From positions 1,920,001 through 1,984,000 of the forward strand of contig OY970323.1 of NCBI GenBank assembly GCA_963716985.1: a stretch of DNA of 64,000 nt, given 5' to 3'. This stretch comes from an uncultured bacterium (GTDB taxonomy: Bacteria; Chlamydiota; Chlamydiia; Chlamydiales; SM23-39). Under the pieces are notes generated by a model. The model ran no database searches, was not told the origin of the DNA, and saw only the letters and a program-made list of their open reading frames with translations. A program made the position numbers and the translations under genes. Shown in pieces: positions 52,441-62,271 of this stretch. The first letter of the stretch is position 1, and every line of letters starts with the position of its first letter.

Positions 52441-52535
52441 TATGTTTGTCGTTTCCTTCTTTACTGAATTTTAAGGCCAAGCCTTGAGAGTCCACTGGTC
52501 AAACCAGTGGCTTACCTATTGAGAGTTATTTTTTC

Positions 52536-52988
52536 ATAGATCCTAAGCAGAGGAACCAACACTACCCATTGATTGATATTATCGCAGTTGTTGTCATGGA
52601 CATTATTTGCACGGCTGACGATTTCGTTGCCGTTTACCGATGGGCTTGTCATCGTGGTGAGTGGCTTAGCTCAATGGGATTATGCCTAAATGAAGTTCCC
52701 TCTCATGACACCATGAATCGAGTATTCCGTTTGCTTGATCCGAAGCACTTTAACGAATGTTTTATGCAATGGGTTCGTACGATTGCAGCAACCATTGAAG
52801 GTGTCATTGCCATTGATGGGAAAACTCTCTGCAATTCAGGAGATGAGTTTCGACAGACAAGTCCACTGCACATCGTCCATGCATTTGCCGCCGAGAATCA
52901 TCTGCTGCTAGGGCAACTAGCCACCGACGCAAAATCAAATGAGATTACGGCAATCCCAGAACTGCTTAAGATGCTGACCATGCATTAA
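52536..52988 (+). pseudogene. ISAs1 transposase N-terminal fragment
   Basis: PSHDT..RVF, IAIDGKTL and KSNEITAIPELL; truncated. Confidence 0.85.
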
Positions 52989-53035
52989 TTCATAAAGATT
53001 TTGATCTAAAACAATCTCGCGGTAAGCCCTCCTTG

Positions 53036-53329
53036 CAGGGAAATTGCACGAAAAATTTCTTGATTTTTGCTTTAAAAATGGATCTCCTTGAAAAGACCCA
53101 ATTTTTAGCACCGCAACCAACCTTTTAGCCTGATTGTTGGCCTTGTTCACCTTGAGAGAGAAAGTTTCGGTCAGGGGCAATAAGACGCAAGTTCAATGTC
53201 TTCATTAAAAAACACAGACAGCAGTCTAAGAAACTGACCGAAGAAGTGAACAAGGCCTGATTGTTCATCCGCCTGAAAAACATAAACAACTAAGAATCAA
53301 TGGGCGCAAATCTTCTTGCAATTTCCCTG
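53036..53329. mobile_element. ISAs1-type MITE, copy B, 10-bp TSD GCCCTCCTTG, with nested MITE
   Basis: CAGGGAAATTGCA TIRs; TSD on both sides. Confidence 0.9.
53139..53257. mobile_element. 119-bp MITE, GGCCTTGTTCAC TIR, 8-bp TSD TGATTGTT
   Basis: Absent from copy A, which shows the empty site. Confidence 0.9.
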
Positions 53330-53633
53330 GCCCTCCTTGAATGTCGCAGTCTGAATGAAAATAACCAAATTCTTCTGATATTTTGATTCTCATCGAGAAA
53401 TTTTCCGAGCTCTCCAAAGTCCAATTCCAGATCCCTTCCGGGAAAGGTGGATCGGACCATGACGGGTGGGGTGTGACAAACAATCAGAAGACGTCCAACA
53501 ATGGCCCAAGAGAGCCGTAGTACTACCCCCCTATTTTTTGTCCAACTTTACTACACAAACCTTTCAATAAAATCTTGACTTCACAACAACAAAACCGTCA
53601 CAATGTTTAGTCATTTTTCCCGATAGGATAAAA

Positions 53634-53999
53634 ATGAAGAAAGAACGGCCTGGTGAATTGCACCAGAAAATCAAGCGGCTACGAACATCCAGAGATGCGC
53701 TGAAGCATCACAATTATGAAAAAACCCAGCAGAACAAAAAACTTCGCGACAGGAATGTAGAGATTGCTGAAAGTCGCGATCATTGGAAAGATCGTAATAA
53801 AGAGCTTGACCAGCAAAAGGAAGGCCTGGAGCAACAAATACAAGTTGCGCAGGAGAGATTACTGGAGGCTCAAGAGAAGATACAGACTGCAAAGAAAGAG
53901 ATAGAGCGCGAGCGAATACGAGCTGATGAGGAACGCAGGCGCGCAGATCAACTCCAAACTGAAATTGAAGCAGCTCGAAAAAAAAAACAGGGGTCTTGA
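53634..53999 (+). CDS. Coiled-coil ORF A of the unclassified IS
   Basis: Charged heptad-rich 121 aa ending at the A10 run. Confidence 0.7.
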   Translation: MKKERPGELHQKIKRLRTSRDALKHHNYEKTQQNKKLRDRNVEIAESRDHWKDRNKELDQQKEGLEQQIQVAQERLLEAQEKIQTAKKEIERERIRADEERRRADQLQTEIEAARKKKQGS

Positions 54000-55350
54000 A
54001 AATTTGATTCCAAAGATGGGAGAGAAAGCCCCGCGTGGTTGGTATCCCATCTTGATGATCATCATGTGCATTAGGCTAGTGCTCCAAGCTACTATTTCAT
54101 TTCGCGCAGCTCCTAAGGCGATTCATATTGCATTTTCTCAATTCGATGCTGTCAAAGATCAACCGATTCCAACATACAAAAGCATCAGCAGATGGCTAAC
54201 GCAGATAGGTCTCTATAAGTTGAATTGCCCGAAAGAACAAGCAAATGACTGGGCACTAGTCATTGACAATTCAGTCCAAATTGGTACTCAAAAATGTCTT
54301 GTAATTTTAGGAATGCGTCTGAGTAAGTTTCAGAAGGGAAAAGCACTAACTCTCGAGGACATGGAAGTACTGATTATAGAGCTCCATGATCAGTCCAACG
54401 CGAATATTGTCTGCAGGGCATTGGAGAATGCACAGAAAAAAATTGGAAAGGCTGCTATGGTATGCGCTGATGATGGTTCAGATCTCCGAGGCGGAATTGA
54501 ACTGTTTTGTCAGAAGCATGGTGCTGGCCGCGTTTTTGACACTATTCATAAAATTGGCACTTTTTTAAAAAAGATTTTCGAGGATGATTCGGAATGGCAA
54601 GCTTTTTCAACAGCTGCGGCAGCTGCCAAGAATAAGATGCAGCAAACACAGGCAGCTCATCTCATGCCACCCAACCAAAGGACGAAGTCTCGATTCCTCA
54701 ATATCGAGATTCTTGCGCGATGGGGAATTGACATTATGGTTGCCATAGATACGCCGAACCATCCTGACAAGGATCTGCTCGAACAATACTGTGGCTGGAT
54801 TCGTCAATATACAGGGCTCATTGAAAGATTGAAACAATTTGACCTCATCAGTCGGAAAACTAGACAGTATATCCGCGAGAATGGAGTGAGTTTTAGCACA
54901 GGAGAGCAGATAGATGCATTTTTGGAAGAGGAAATGAAGTCCTTAAATTTTAATGCAGAAGCATGCGAATACGCTGGAGCGCTGATAGATTTCTTCTACG
55001 AACAGTCGAAAGTCGTCCCTTTTGGACAAACCTGGCTTGGTTCAAGCGAAATCATAGAATCTCTATTTGGAAAATTGAAAAGTCTCGAGAATGACCAAAG
55101 CAAGGGAGGCTTCACGCCGCTTATTCTGGGAGTAGCTGCGTGCGTCGGTAAAGTGGATATTGCTTTGGTGAAGGCAGCCATGACACATATAAAGATAAGT
55201 GATGTCGACACGTGGACAAGAGAACAGGTCGGATCGACGCTACTTTCCAGAAGAAGGAAAGCTTTGGCGTTCTGGAGAAAAAAGAATTTTCAAAAAAATA
55301 TTGTACACGAATCGGCTGGAGCCGTCAGGAGCGAAGCGATTGGTTTTTAG
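53926..55350 (+). CDS. Putative DDE transposase, ORF B
   Basis: IDNSVQIG, ADDGSDL, DTIH and SSEIIESLFG motifs. Confidence 0.75.
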   Translation: MRNAGAQINSKLKLKQLEKKNRGLENLIPKMGEKAPRGWYPILMIIMCIRLVLQATISFRAAPKAIHIAFSQFDAVKDQPIPTYKSISRWLTQIGLYKLNCPKEQANDWALVIDNSVQIGTQKCLVILGMRLSKFQKGKALTLEDMEVLIIELHDQSNANIVCRALENAQKKIGKAAMVCADDGSDLRGGIELFCQKHGAGRVFDTIHKIGTFLKKIFEDDSEWQAFSTAAAAAKNKMQQTQAAHLMPPNQRTKSRFLNIEILARWGIDIMVAIDTPNHPDKDLLEQYCGWIRQYTGLIERLKQFDLISRKTRQYIRENGVSFSTGEQIDAFLEEEMKSLNFNAEACEYAGALIDFFYEQSKVVPFGQTWLGSSEIIESLFGKLKSLENDQSKGGFTPLILGVAACVGKVDIALVKAAMTHIKISDVDTWTREQVGSTLLSRRRKALAFWRKKNFQKNIVHESAGAVRSEAIGF

Positions 55351-55940
55351 TGGTCAACTATCAATTTGTCACACCCCACATGACGGGTTCTATCTTCCTG
55401 GGGAAATATTTCGCGCGATAACGCCTGATGACTTGCACATCACAGGGACATTTTTCCTGCAATAATCTCTGGATGACAACAGAGGAAAGCCCCTCTTGGC
55501 ACCATTTTTCTATCTGTTCTTTATAAGAATCAAGAGAATGTTCTTGGACCTCTGTTTTTTTATTCCATACTTTTTCAACTTCTTCATCGCTTGGCATCGC
55601 CAATGTAGGATCCAGCCATTGATGAATAACGGCCAAGTCTCAAACGATGAATGATATTTCTTATCTCTGTCATGCTTTTCTCCTTGCCTTTCATAAATTT
55701 CTCTCCGCTGCTTAGATTTTTTCTCAGTTTTTGAGAAAGACCATAAAGCACGGATAGTAAAAAAGTAGTATGTGGGTCAATAAGACGTTAATTTAAGGCA
55801 AGGGGTGGGTCATTCTCAGTGATTGTTACCACATGGTGACATTTCCATTTTGCGTTGACAGGCAAAGAACCATTCCTTGCTTAATATGGTTAATGTTTTG
55901 TAAGCTTTTTTTCTTAAATAAAAAAGTGTGGGGGGTTTTT

Positions 55941-56237
55941 ATGTCTGGTTTATCCATTTTTTTTCCTAAGACTACTTCAGGGGTGACTTTTTTTTGGCAG
56001 GGGAAAGACGCATCAACGCAAGAGCCTTTTCTAGAAACTGTAAGAAAAACTCTGATTGTCATGTTGATATCTTTGGCCGTCATTGGATCGATCTTTAATA
56101 TGGCAGCAGCCCTCCAGTTTCTGGCCACCGGGTCTCTCACACCTGGAGGCGTGTACTCGCAATTTGCCTTCGCTTTAGTAATGTCTGTCGTGACAGCCGT
56201 AGTGTCTACTGTCGTAGACAGATACTTTCGCAAATAG
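55941..56237 (+). CDS. Small two-TM protein (Inc-like hydrophobic pattern)
   Basis: 98 aa with two long hydrophobic segments. Confidence 0.55.
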   Translation: MSGLSIFFPKTTSGVTFFWQGKDASTQEPFLETVRKTLIVMLISLAVIGSIFNMAAALQFLATGSLTPGGVYSQFAFALVMSVVTAVVSTVVDRYFRK

Positions 56238-56349
56238 AAATCAATCCAAAGCAAACCTTAAAATGCACGGATTTTCCTAAATTTTTAGTAACCGCATGTC
56301 AAAGTGCGGGCATGTTTCAGATTTCTTATTTTCAGAGAGAGCTGCTGTT

Positions 56350-57871
56350 CTCGACTTTGCAACTTTTAGCGGCTTAGCTCAGGCCGCCTGAAGCACTCGC
56401 CTTACTATATCATCCATCCAATCCACCATTTCCGGAGTAATATTTTCCACGGAAGGTGTGATTTTAGTCTTCCCGGAAATTAAATTATCCCTCCATATTA
56501 CCATGCGCACAGCCCTCAACATATCGGAAAATGTGACTTGTTCTTTTTGGTGCCAAGCAGTTGCCTCTACTTTCAGCAACTTTACCTGTCCCAATCGATT
56601 TGCCATTAGGCATACACAACTATATAGCCCCATCAGTATGGGAGTCGATCGGGCTATTGCTCGATCCGACCATTGCCGCTGGGTCTCTACGCCAAGATGT
56701 TCACGTGTTTCCTCGAATGTGACCTCAAGTCCCCAGCGATCGATAAATAATTCTATCATACGTTCTGCCGTCATGAGTGGATCTGTGCTCATAAGAGGTA
56801 GAGGATCAAGTTTTCCTGTAGGATCCACCACCAAAGTCCATCGGATGGGAATAGGAGTCACTCCATCGGCTCCCCACATACATGTGTTAGACAGCACGCG
56901 AGCTACCCGTTTCTCTCCGCCGTAACCGACTACTTCCATTTCTTTCCAGGGCAATCCCTTCAGAGATAGCATCTGTTTAAAATTTTGCAATTTGACGCCT
57001 TTCTGTGCAGTACGTCCCCTTTGGCCGGGACGCTTTTCGGCCGGGAAATCGAACAGGGCTGCATTCATTTTCAGTCGCGAAACAAGAGTCACCCCAGAAC
57101 AGATACAGTTCAGAGCCAACTGTCCCGCAGCATATCCTCCATCGCCAACAAGAATTAGTGATCGCGCCTTACCTACCCATCGACGCACCTGTAAGACCAT
57201 CTGACTCGCCCATTTTAATGAGGTTTTGTGCCGACGTTTCTTCGCTTCATCACATTTTTTAGAAGGCTCCAGTGCACTCAAAAAAGGCAATGCAAGTGCT
57301 CTCGACATAAACGGCAATTTCACAGAGAGCGCCATAACCTGCCACTTCAAACCCATGGCTTTGACCACTCGAGACTGTGACGATCGAACCGCATCTCGAT
57401 AATAGCCCTTTGCTTTTATCTTCTTGCCACGCCTGCGCTCCAATGTCTCGTCAATGAGCAGAACCAAAGGATGCTGATCGGAGACAAAGATAAGCAACAT
57501 AAAGAATAGGATTTTCGCTGCCTTGAGTGACGACCATTCCGCCCGGTTTAAAAGGTGATGGTACTTTGAAAAACCCGACTGATGCTCAAGACCCATTGCG
57601 CGCAGAGCCGCACACACGGTTCTCTTGCCAGTGCATAAAAGCGTGCCAAGTAATAAGGTCAGGGCTTTTTTCCAAGAAGGATTTGAAAAAAGTACTGAAA
57701 AAGGGATGAGTACTGCTAAAATGTTTGACGATAGAGAGTCCATGAGAGCCTGCCATTTTGTTTTACTGAACCAAATAGTATGCGCGAAGCGGCACTCTCT
57801 ATCAACTTTTTATTTTACAGATTGAAGCAAATGACTTTGGGCTATCAGATCGAAAAATGTACAAAGTCGAG
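56350..57871 (-). mobile_element. IS701-like element with 27-bp flanking direct repeats
   Basis: TIR CTCGACTTTG; DR at 56323-56349 and 57872-57898. Confidence 0.9.
56379..57743 (-). CDS. IS701-like (DDE) transposase
   Basis: IDETLERR, GDGGYA and RWGLEVTFEETR.HLG.ETQRQW motifs. Confidence 0.85.
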   Translation of the reverse strand: MDSLSSNILAVLIPFSVLFSNPSWKKALTLLLGTLLCTGKRTVCAALRAMGLEHQSGFSKYHHLLNRAEWSSLKAAKILFFMLLIFVSDQHPLVLLIDETLERRRGKKIKAKGYYRDAVRSSQSRVVKAMGLKWQVMALSVKLPFMSRALALPFLSALEPSKKCDEAKKRRHKTSLKWASQMVLQVRRWVGKARSLILVGDGGYAAGQLALNCICSGVTLVSRLKMNAALFDFPAEKRPGQRGRTAQKGVKLQNFKQMLSLKGLPWKEMEVVGYGGEKRVARVLSNTCMWGADGVTPIPIRWTLVVDPTGKLDPLPLMSTDPLMTAERMIELFIDRWGLEVTFEETREHLGVETQRQWSDRAIARSTPILMGLYSCVCLMANRLGQVKLLKVEATAWHQKEQVTFSDMLRAVRMVIWRDNLISGKTKITPSVENITPEMVDWMDDIVRRVLQAA

Positions 57872-57972
57872 TTCTTATTTTCAGAGAGAGCTGCTGTTGG
57901 CATTAAATGAGGATTGTGCTAATTGTATACCTAGGTATACAATTAGCACAAACAACAAGCATAAAAAAACGC

Positions 57973-59187
57973 ATGGAATTCTTAAGAAGAGATCTGTCGC
58001 AAACCCTAAAGAAATTCACCAAGTTCCCTGTGATTGCCCTGCTAGGTCCTAGACAATCCGGCAAAACCACATTAGTGAAAAAAGTCTTTAAAAATTATCA
58101 ATTCGTGAATTTAGAGGCTCCGGATGTTCGCGAGCGTGCTATTTCAGATCCAAGGAGATTTTTGCGAGAATTGGAAAACAAACATGGAGTTATCTTAGAC
58201 GAATTTCAGCATGCGCCACAGATTCTCTCTTATATTCAAATTGAAGCTGATGAAAAAAACCGACCCGGCTATTTTGTTTTAACCGGATCGCAAAATTTTC
58301 TAATGAACCAAGCGATTTCACAATCACTGGCAGGAAGAGTCGGCCTTTTGACTCTTTTACCTCTATCTCTAAATGAACTAAAAAAAAACAGCCTTTTACA
58401 ATCTTCCATAGATGAAGTTTTGCTTAAAGGCGGCTATCCACGTCTATATACAGGCAATTTTCTCCCTAATGAACTTTATCAATCCTATCTTCAATCCTAT
58501 GTTGAACGTGACGTAAGACAGCTGGTAAATGTTGGAAATTTAAGAAACTTTCAAAAATTTATGCAGCTTTGCGCCGGTCGTATTGGTCAACTAACTAATT
58601 TTACTGATTTAGCAACAAATTGTGGAATTAGTCGCAAAACAGCAGATCAATGGATTTCTTTATTGGAAGCGAGTTATATCATTTTCCTTCTCCCGCCTCA
58701 TTTTAATAATTTCAACAAACGCCTCGTCAAAACACCAAAGCTATATTTTTACGACACGGGGCTCGCCTGTTCTCTTTTGGGTATACAATCGACCAAAGAG
58801 CTTTCAGTGAGCACTTTTAGAGGCCATCTATTTGAAAATTTGATTATTGCCGATCTTTTTAAGCAATATTTCAACCTGGGTCAAAAGCCGCCGCTTTCCT
58901 TTTGGCGCGATCGAAATGGTCGGATTGAAATTGACTGTCTGATCAAAAAAGGGACTGCTTTAATTCCTGTTGAAATCAAATCTTCCGAGACCATAGTAAA
59001 TGACTTTTTTCATGCGTTTCCTCTATGGGCCAGCACCATCCAAAAACAACCTGCTTCAGGCTATGTTATTTATGCAGGACCATCGCACCAAACGCGCCCT
59101 CACGGTGAAATTCTAAGCTGGAAAATGGCGGGTCAATTTGTGAATCGACAGATTTTGAACAAGAAGGAAAAAACCAAAAGAAAATAA
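57973..59187 (+). CDS. AAA+ ATPase with DUF4143 C-terminus
   Basis: GPRQSGKTT, ILDEFQ, LTGSQ, KLYFYDTG and EIDC...PVEIKS motifs. Confidence 0.9.
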   Translation: MEFLRRDLSQTLKKFTKFPVIALLGPRQSGKTTLVKKVFKNYQFVNLEAPDVRERAISDPRRFLRELENKHGVILDEFQHAPQILSYIQIEADEKNRPGYFVLTGSQNFLMNQAISQSLAGRVGLLTLLPLSLNELKKNSLLQSSIDEVLLKGGYPRLYTGNFLPNELYQSYLQSYVERDVRQLVNVGNLRNFQKFMQLCAGRIGQLTNFTDLATNCGISRKTADQWISLLEASYIIFLLPPHFNNFNKRLVKTPKLYFYDTGLACSLLGIQSTKELSVSTFRGHLFENLIIADLFKQYFNLGQKPPLSFWRDRNGRIEIDCLIKKGTALIPVEIKSSETIVNDFFHAFPLWASTIQKQPASGYVIYAGPSHQTRPHGEILSWKMAGQFVNRQILNKKEKTKRK

Positions 59188-59428
59188 TCCAAGATCTGGA
59201 AAACAGTCTTGCAACTACAAAAAATTGAGGAAGAGGGACGCAACGATCCCCCCCTCTAATCCGTCGTCGTTTGCATGCTTTATCCTTGAAGAATCTTGGC
59301 TATTCTCTTCAGGACATTTCTGCATGCAATTTTTCTCAAAAAAGCTTTTTACTAAAAGCAACGGCGTAAAAAATATTATTTTAAAATGTTAAATTATTTT
59401 TTTAATTATCCTTAAAATTTTAATTTTG

Positions 59429-59458
59429 TTGACTTGTCTTTTTCAAAAAAGCTATAAC
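59429..59458 (+). promoter_or_regulatory. Sigma70-like promoter
   Basis: TTGACT-18 bp-TATAAC upstream of GAGGA RBS and ATG 59490. Confidence 0.5.
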
Positions 59459-59489
59459 TTTTTCGTCATAACTAATTAATGAGGATTTT

Positions 59490-60227
59490 ATGAAAGCAAA
59501 TCTCCTCAAGCATTGTTTATGGTTCAATCCTTGGGGTCTTTTCCAAAAAAAAGAAGAAGAGCACATCTTCGGTCTTTACTGCGTCACTCATCTAGGACGA
59601 AGAACAAACAGTATCAAAAATCCCTTTCTCAAAATAGTAGCAAAAGTCGGAGGCTATACATTGGACTTTTTCATAGCTCTTGCGATCAATCTCCCCGATT
59701 TGTTGCAGAAAAAAAAGGAGCCGCCAAAAACATTCGCCTATCTTAAGGCGCTCGCTTTTGGGCTTGTCCTTTTCGGGGTAACGATCTATCTCATTAAACA
59801 ATACTGTTTTTTTCCCTTTATCACTCGCCATCATTTACCACCCGCTCCTCCGGTTGTACAACCAATCGTGAAAACTCCCCCCATCCCTACGCAAGTCCCC
59901 TCTTTTTTTCCTCGAATGATTTATTCTTTTATAGAAAGGTCGATCGACGAGCGCTATTTCATTGCCGATCATATGGCCAGGTGTATCGGCTTTTTTATCT
60001 GCTTTCGATGGATTCTGCTCCATTTGCCGCCAGGAGAACAGAATCTTCGGGGCCTTGCCCATCATCTCCTCATCACCTTTGGGCTAGAAAAGTCCAAGGA
60101 GGAGAAAGCGCGAGAGCTCAAAGAGCAAGAGAGTAAAAAAGAGCAAAAATCCGGCGAGATAATACAAAAAACTCAACCACCTACAGAGAGTGGCGGCCAT
60201 GATACAGCAATTCCTAAAACGAACTAG
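59490..60227 (+). CDS. Hypothetical membrane protein with Pro-rich segment
   Basis: 245-aa ORF with RBS and hydrophobic segments. Confidence 0.6.
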   Translation: MKANLLKHCLWFNPWGLFQKKEEEHIFGLYCVTHLGRRTNSIKNPFLKIVAKVGGYTLDFFIALAINLPDLLQKKKEPPKTFAYLKALAFGLVLFGVTIYLIKQYCFFPFITRHHLPPAPPVVQPIVKTPPIPTQVPSFFPRMIYSFIERSIDERYFIADHMARCIGFFICFRWILLHLPPGEQNLRGLAHHLLITFGLEKSKEEKARELKEQESKKEQKSGEIIQKTQPPTESGGHDTAIPKTN

Positions 60228-60751
60228 GCAGAGGGAGTTTCGCTATCAGAAAATCTCTTGTATCCAAAAATACAAAGCGGCAGGCCCGCCATGAAATAGA
60301 TCACCCACCAATATCCTTTCCAATGCAGCTCAACCTCTCCGTCCGATGAAAAGAAAAACAGGAAGAAGGCGAGAAAGAGCAGATTGATTCCGATGGAAAA
60401 AAGAAAGAATGGCAGGAAAAAAGATTTTGAAGAGATTACGTCCGCCTGCCTTCTTGTTTCTTCAAATAAAGCCTCTTCTTTGACCGATTCCTGAAAAAAA
60501 GAAGGGGTTTCTTTTGGCTGTTGCAAAAGACCCTCTTCTGATTTCGCACGATAAGGCGGAGGGTAGAGGGAAGCTAGCGTCTCCTGAGGAGAAAGAGAAC
60601 GAACATCTTTCGTTGCAGGCCCGCTTTCCTCTTCCACATGGCCAATCTCTGCCCCGCAAAAAGGACAAAGGGCCGCTTGAATTTCGACTTGTCCTTCACA
60701 ATAAGGACACATTTTCATTCGCTTTTTTGGTTGCATAGGACTTTCCGTCAA
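60224..60751 (-). CDS. Zinc-ribbon plus two-TM chlamydial conserved protein (CT556-like)
   Basis: CPYC..CPFC, LYPPPY and C-terminal TMs; divergent from lpdA-lipA. Confidence 0.7.
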   Translation of the reverse strand: MTESPMQPKKRMKMCPYCEGQVEIQAALCPFCGAEIGHVEEESGPATKDVRSLSPQETLASLYPPPYRAKSEEGLLQQPKETPSFFQESVKEEALFEETRRQADVISSKSFFLPFFLFSIGINLLFLAFFLFFFSSDGEVELHWKGYWWVIYFMAGLPLCIFGYKRFSDSETPSA

Positions 60752-60870
60752 AGAACAGCTATCTACTTCGCATCATAATACTGAATCGATTTTTTCCCCA
60801 AGTAGAATGAAAAGGTGGCGTCTTTTTTTTCTCAGCGCTAAGATCATTTTTGGAGCGGAGGTTTCAACTT

Positions 60871-62271
60871 ATGGAAAAAAAAATTTTTGACCTTGCGGTC
60901 ATCGGAGCCGGGCCCGGCGGGTATGTAGCTGCTATTAGAGGAGCCCAGATGGGACTCAAGGTGGCGCTCATCGAAAAATGTTACGTAGGAGGCACCTGCC
61001 TAAACGTCGGATGCATCCCGACAAAGAGCCTGCTTGCTCATGCAGAGGCTCTCACAAACATTCAAGAGGCCCAAAAATATCATATCCACGTAAGCGGCAT
61101 CTCCTTTGATTACGCACAGATGGTCGCTACAAAAAATCGGGTGGTGTGCGATCTGAGAAAAAGCCTAGAACAGCTCATTCTCTCCAATCAAATCACGATT
61201 TTTCGAGGAGAAGCCAAATTCACATCTCCCAAAGAGCTTAAGATCATCGGTCAGGACAACCTTTTTCTTCATGCGCAAAAAATCATCATTGCCACCGGCT
61301 CGGAGAGCTTTGAAATCTCCTCTTTTCCGTTTGATTGCCATCGCATCCATAACTCTACATCCATTCTCTGCATGACCCATCTGCCTTCTTCTTTGATCAT
61401 CATCGGAGGAGGCTATATTGGATGCGAATTTGCCTCGCTCTTTTCCGGCCTCGGAGTCAAAATCACCATCATCGAAGCGCTTCCTTCCCTTTTAGCTACC
61501 CAAGAACCTCTAATCGCAAACGAGCTGACCAAAATCTTCAGAAAACGGGGCATCGACATCCGCACAAACAGCAAAGTAGATAACATCGAAAAAAACGAAA
61601 ATGGCCTAACCGTCCGTCTTACCGACAAAACGCCCATCGAGGGAGAAATTGCACTGATCTGCGTCGGCAGAAAACCCCATACGGAAAGTCTAGAACTACA
61701 GAATGCCGGCCTTGGAACAACCGATCGCGGAGCGATCGTCGTCAATGAAAAAATGGAAACAAGCGTTCCCGGTATTTACGCGATCGGGGATGTGACGGGC
61801 AAATGGATGCTCGCCCACGTAGCTTCCCATCAAGGGCTCGTTGCCGCAGCCAACGCTGCCGGACAATCAGAGCATATGCACTACCATGCCGTCCCCGCCG
61901 TCGTCTTTACAAATCCCCAAATTGCGACCGTCGGCTTGACGCTCGAACAGGCAAAAAAAGAGAGCCCCTCTGCCGCTTCTTTCGTCTACCCCTTCCAGGC
62001 TCTGGGAAAAGCACAGGCAACGTTAGACACAACGGGATTTGTGCAGATTATATCCGATACAAAAACAGGACAAATTTTCGGCGCGCATATGATCGGACAT
62101 GAAGCCGCTTCTTTGATTGGAGAAATGGCTGTAGCCATCCAGAACGAGCTCACCATCCAATCGATCGTCGACACCATCCACACACACCCCACGCTTACAG
62201 AACTCTGGATGGAAGATGCGATGATCGCAAACCAAACTCCCATCCATTTCCCCCCCAAGAAAAAGCCATGA
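60871..62271 (+). CDS. lpdA: Dihydrolipoyl dehydrogenase
   Basis: GAGPGGY, GGTCLNVGCIPTK and HPTLTE motifs. Confidence 0.97.
   Translation: MEKKIFDLAVIGAGPGGYVAAIRGAQMGLKVALIEKCYVGGTCLNVGCIPTKSLLAHAEALTNIQEAQKYHIHVSGISFDYAQMVATKNRVVCDLRKSLEQLILSNQITIFRGEAKFTSPKELKIIGQDNLFLHAQKIIIATGSESFEISSFPFDCHRIHNSTSILCMTHLPSSLIIIGGGYIGCEFASLFSGLGVKITIIEALPSLLATQEPLIANELTKIFRKRGIDIRTNSKVDNIEKNENGLTVRLTDKTPIEGEIALICVGRKPHTESLELQNAGLGTTDRGAIVVNEKMETSVPGIYAIGDVTGKWMLAHVASHQGLVAAANAAGQSEHMHYHAVPAVVFTNPQIATVGLTLEQAKKESPSAASFVYPFQALGKAQATLDTTGFVQIISDTKTGQIFGAHMIGHEAASLIGEMAVAIQNELTIQSIVDTIHTHPTLTELWMEDAMIANQTPIHFPPKKKP

Larger units (their letters stand above)
49598..52515 (-). mobile_element. IS200-like element (tnpA only) carrying a group II intron; ends approximate
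   Basis: Left hairpin CCACTGGTCAAACCAGTGG (52492-52510); right hairpins at 49607-49655. Confidence 0.75.
53467..55378 (+). mobile_element. Unclassified IS, TIR TGGGGTGTGACAAA, 9-bp TSD CATGACGGG
   Basis: TIR and TSD read directly; interrupts the istA frame. Confidence 0.9.
52989..55833 (-). pseudogene. IS21-family remnant (left end plus fragmented istA) hosting nested insertions
   Basis: TG end with repeated TGACCCAC; reconstructed ...PVMVRSTFPGRDLELDFG...RLRHSRRAYREIV. Confidence 0.7.

Noticed and set aside
49598..52515. IStron or TnpB/OMEGA system
   Set aside because: The intron is group II and lies inside the IS; no tnpB or iscB ORF is present
42300..57900. Prophage or ICE
   Set aside because: No integrase, structural or conjugation genes; content is IS elements and remnants
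57973..59187. Novel defence ATPase-nuclease
   Set aside because: Standalone AAA/DUF4143 genes are very common and nothing in the context adds support
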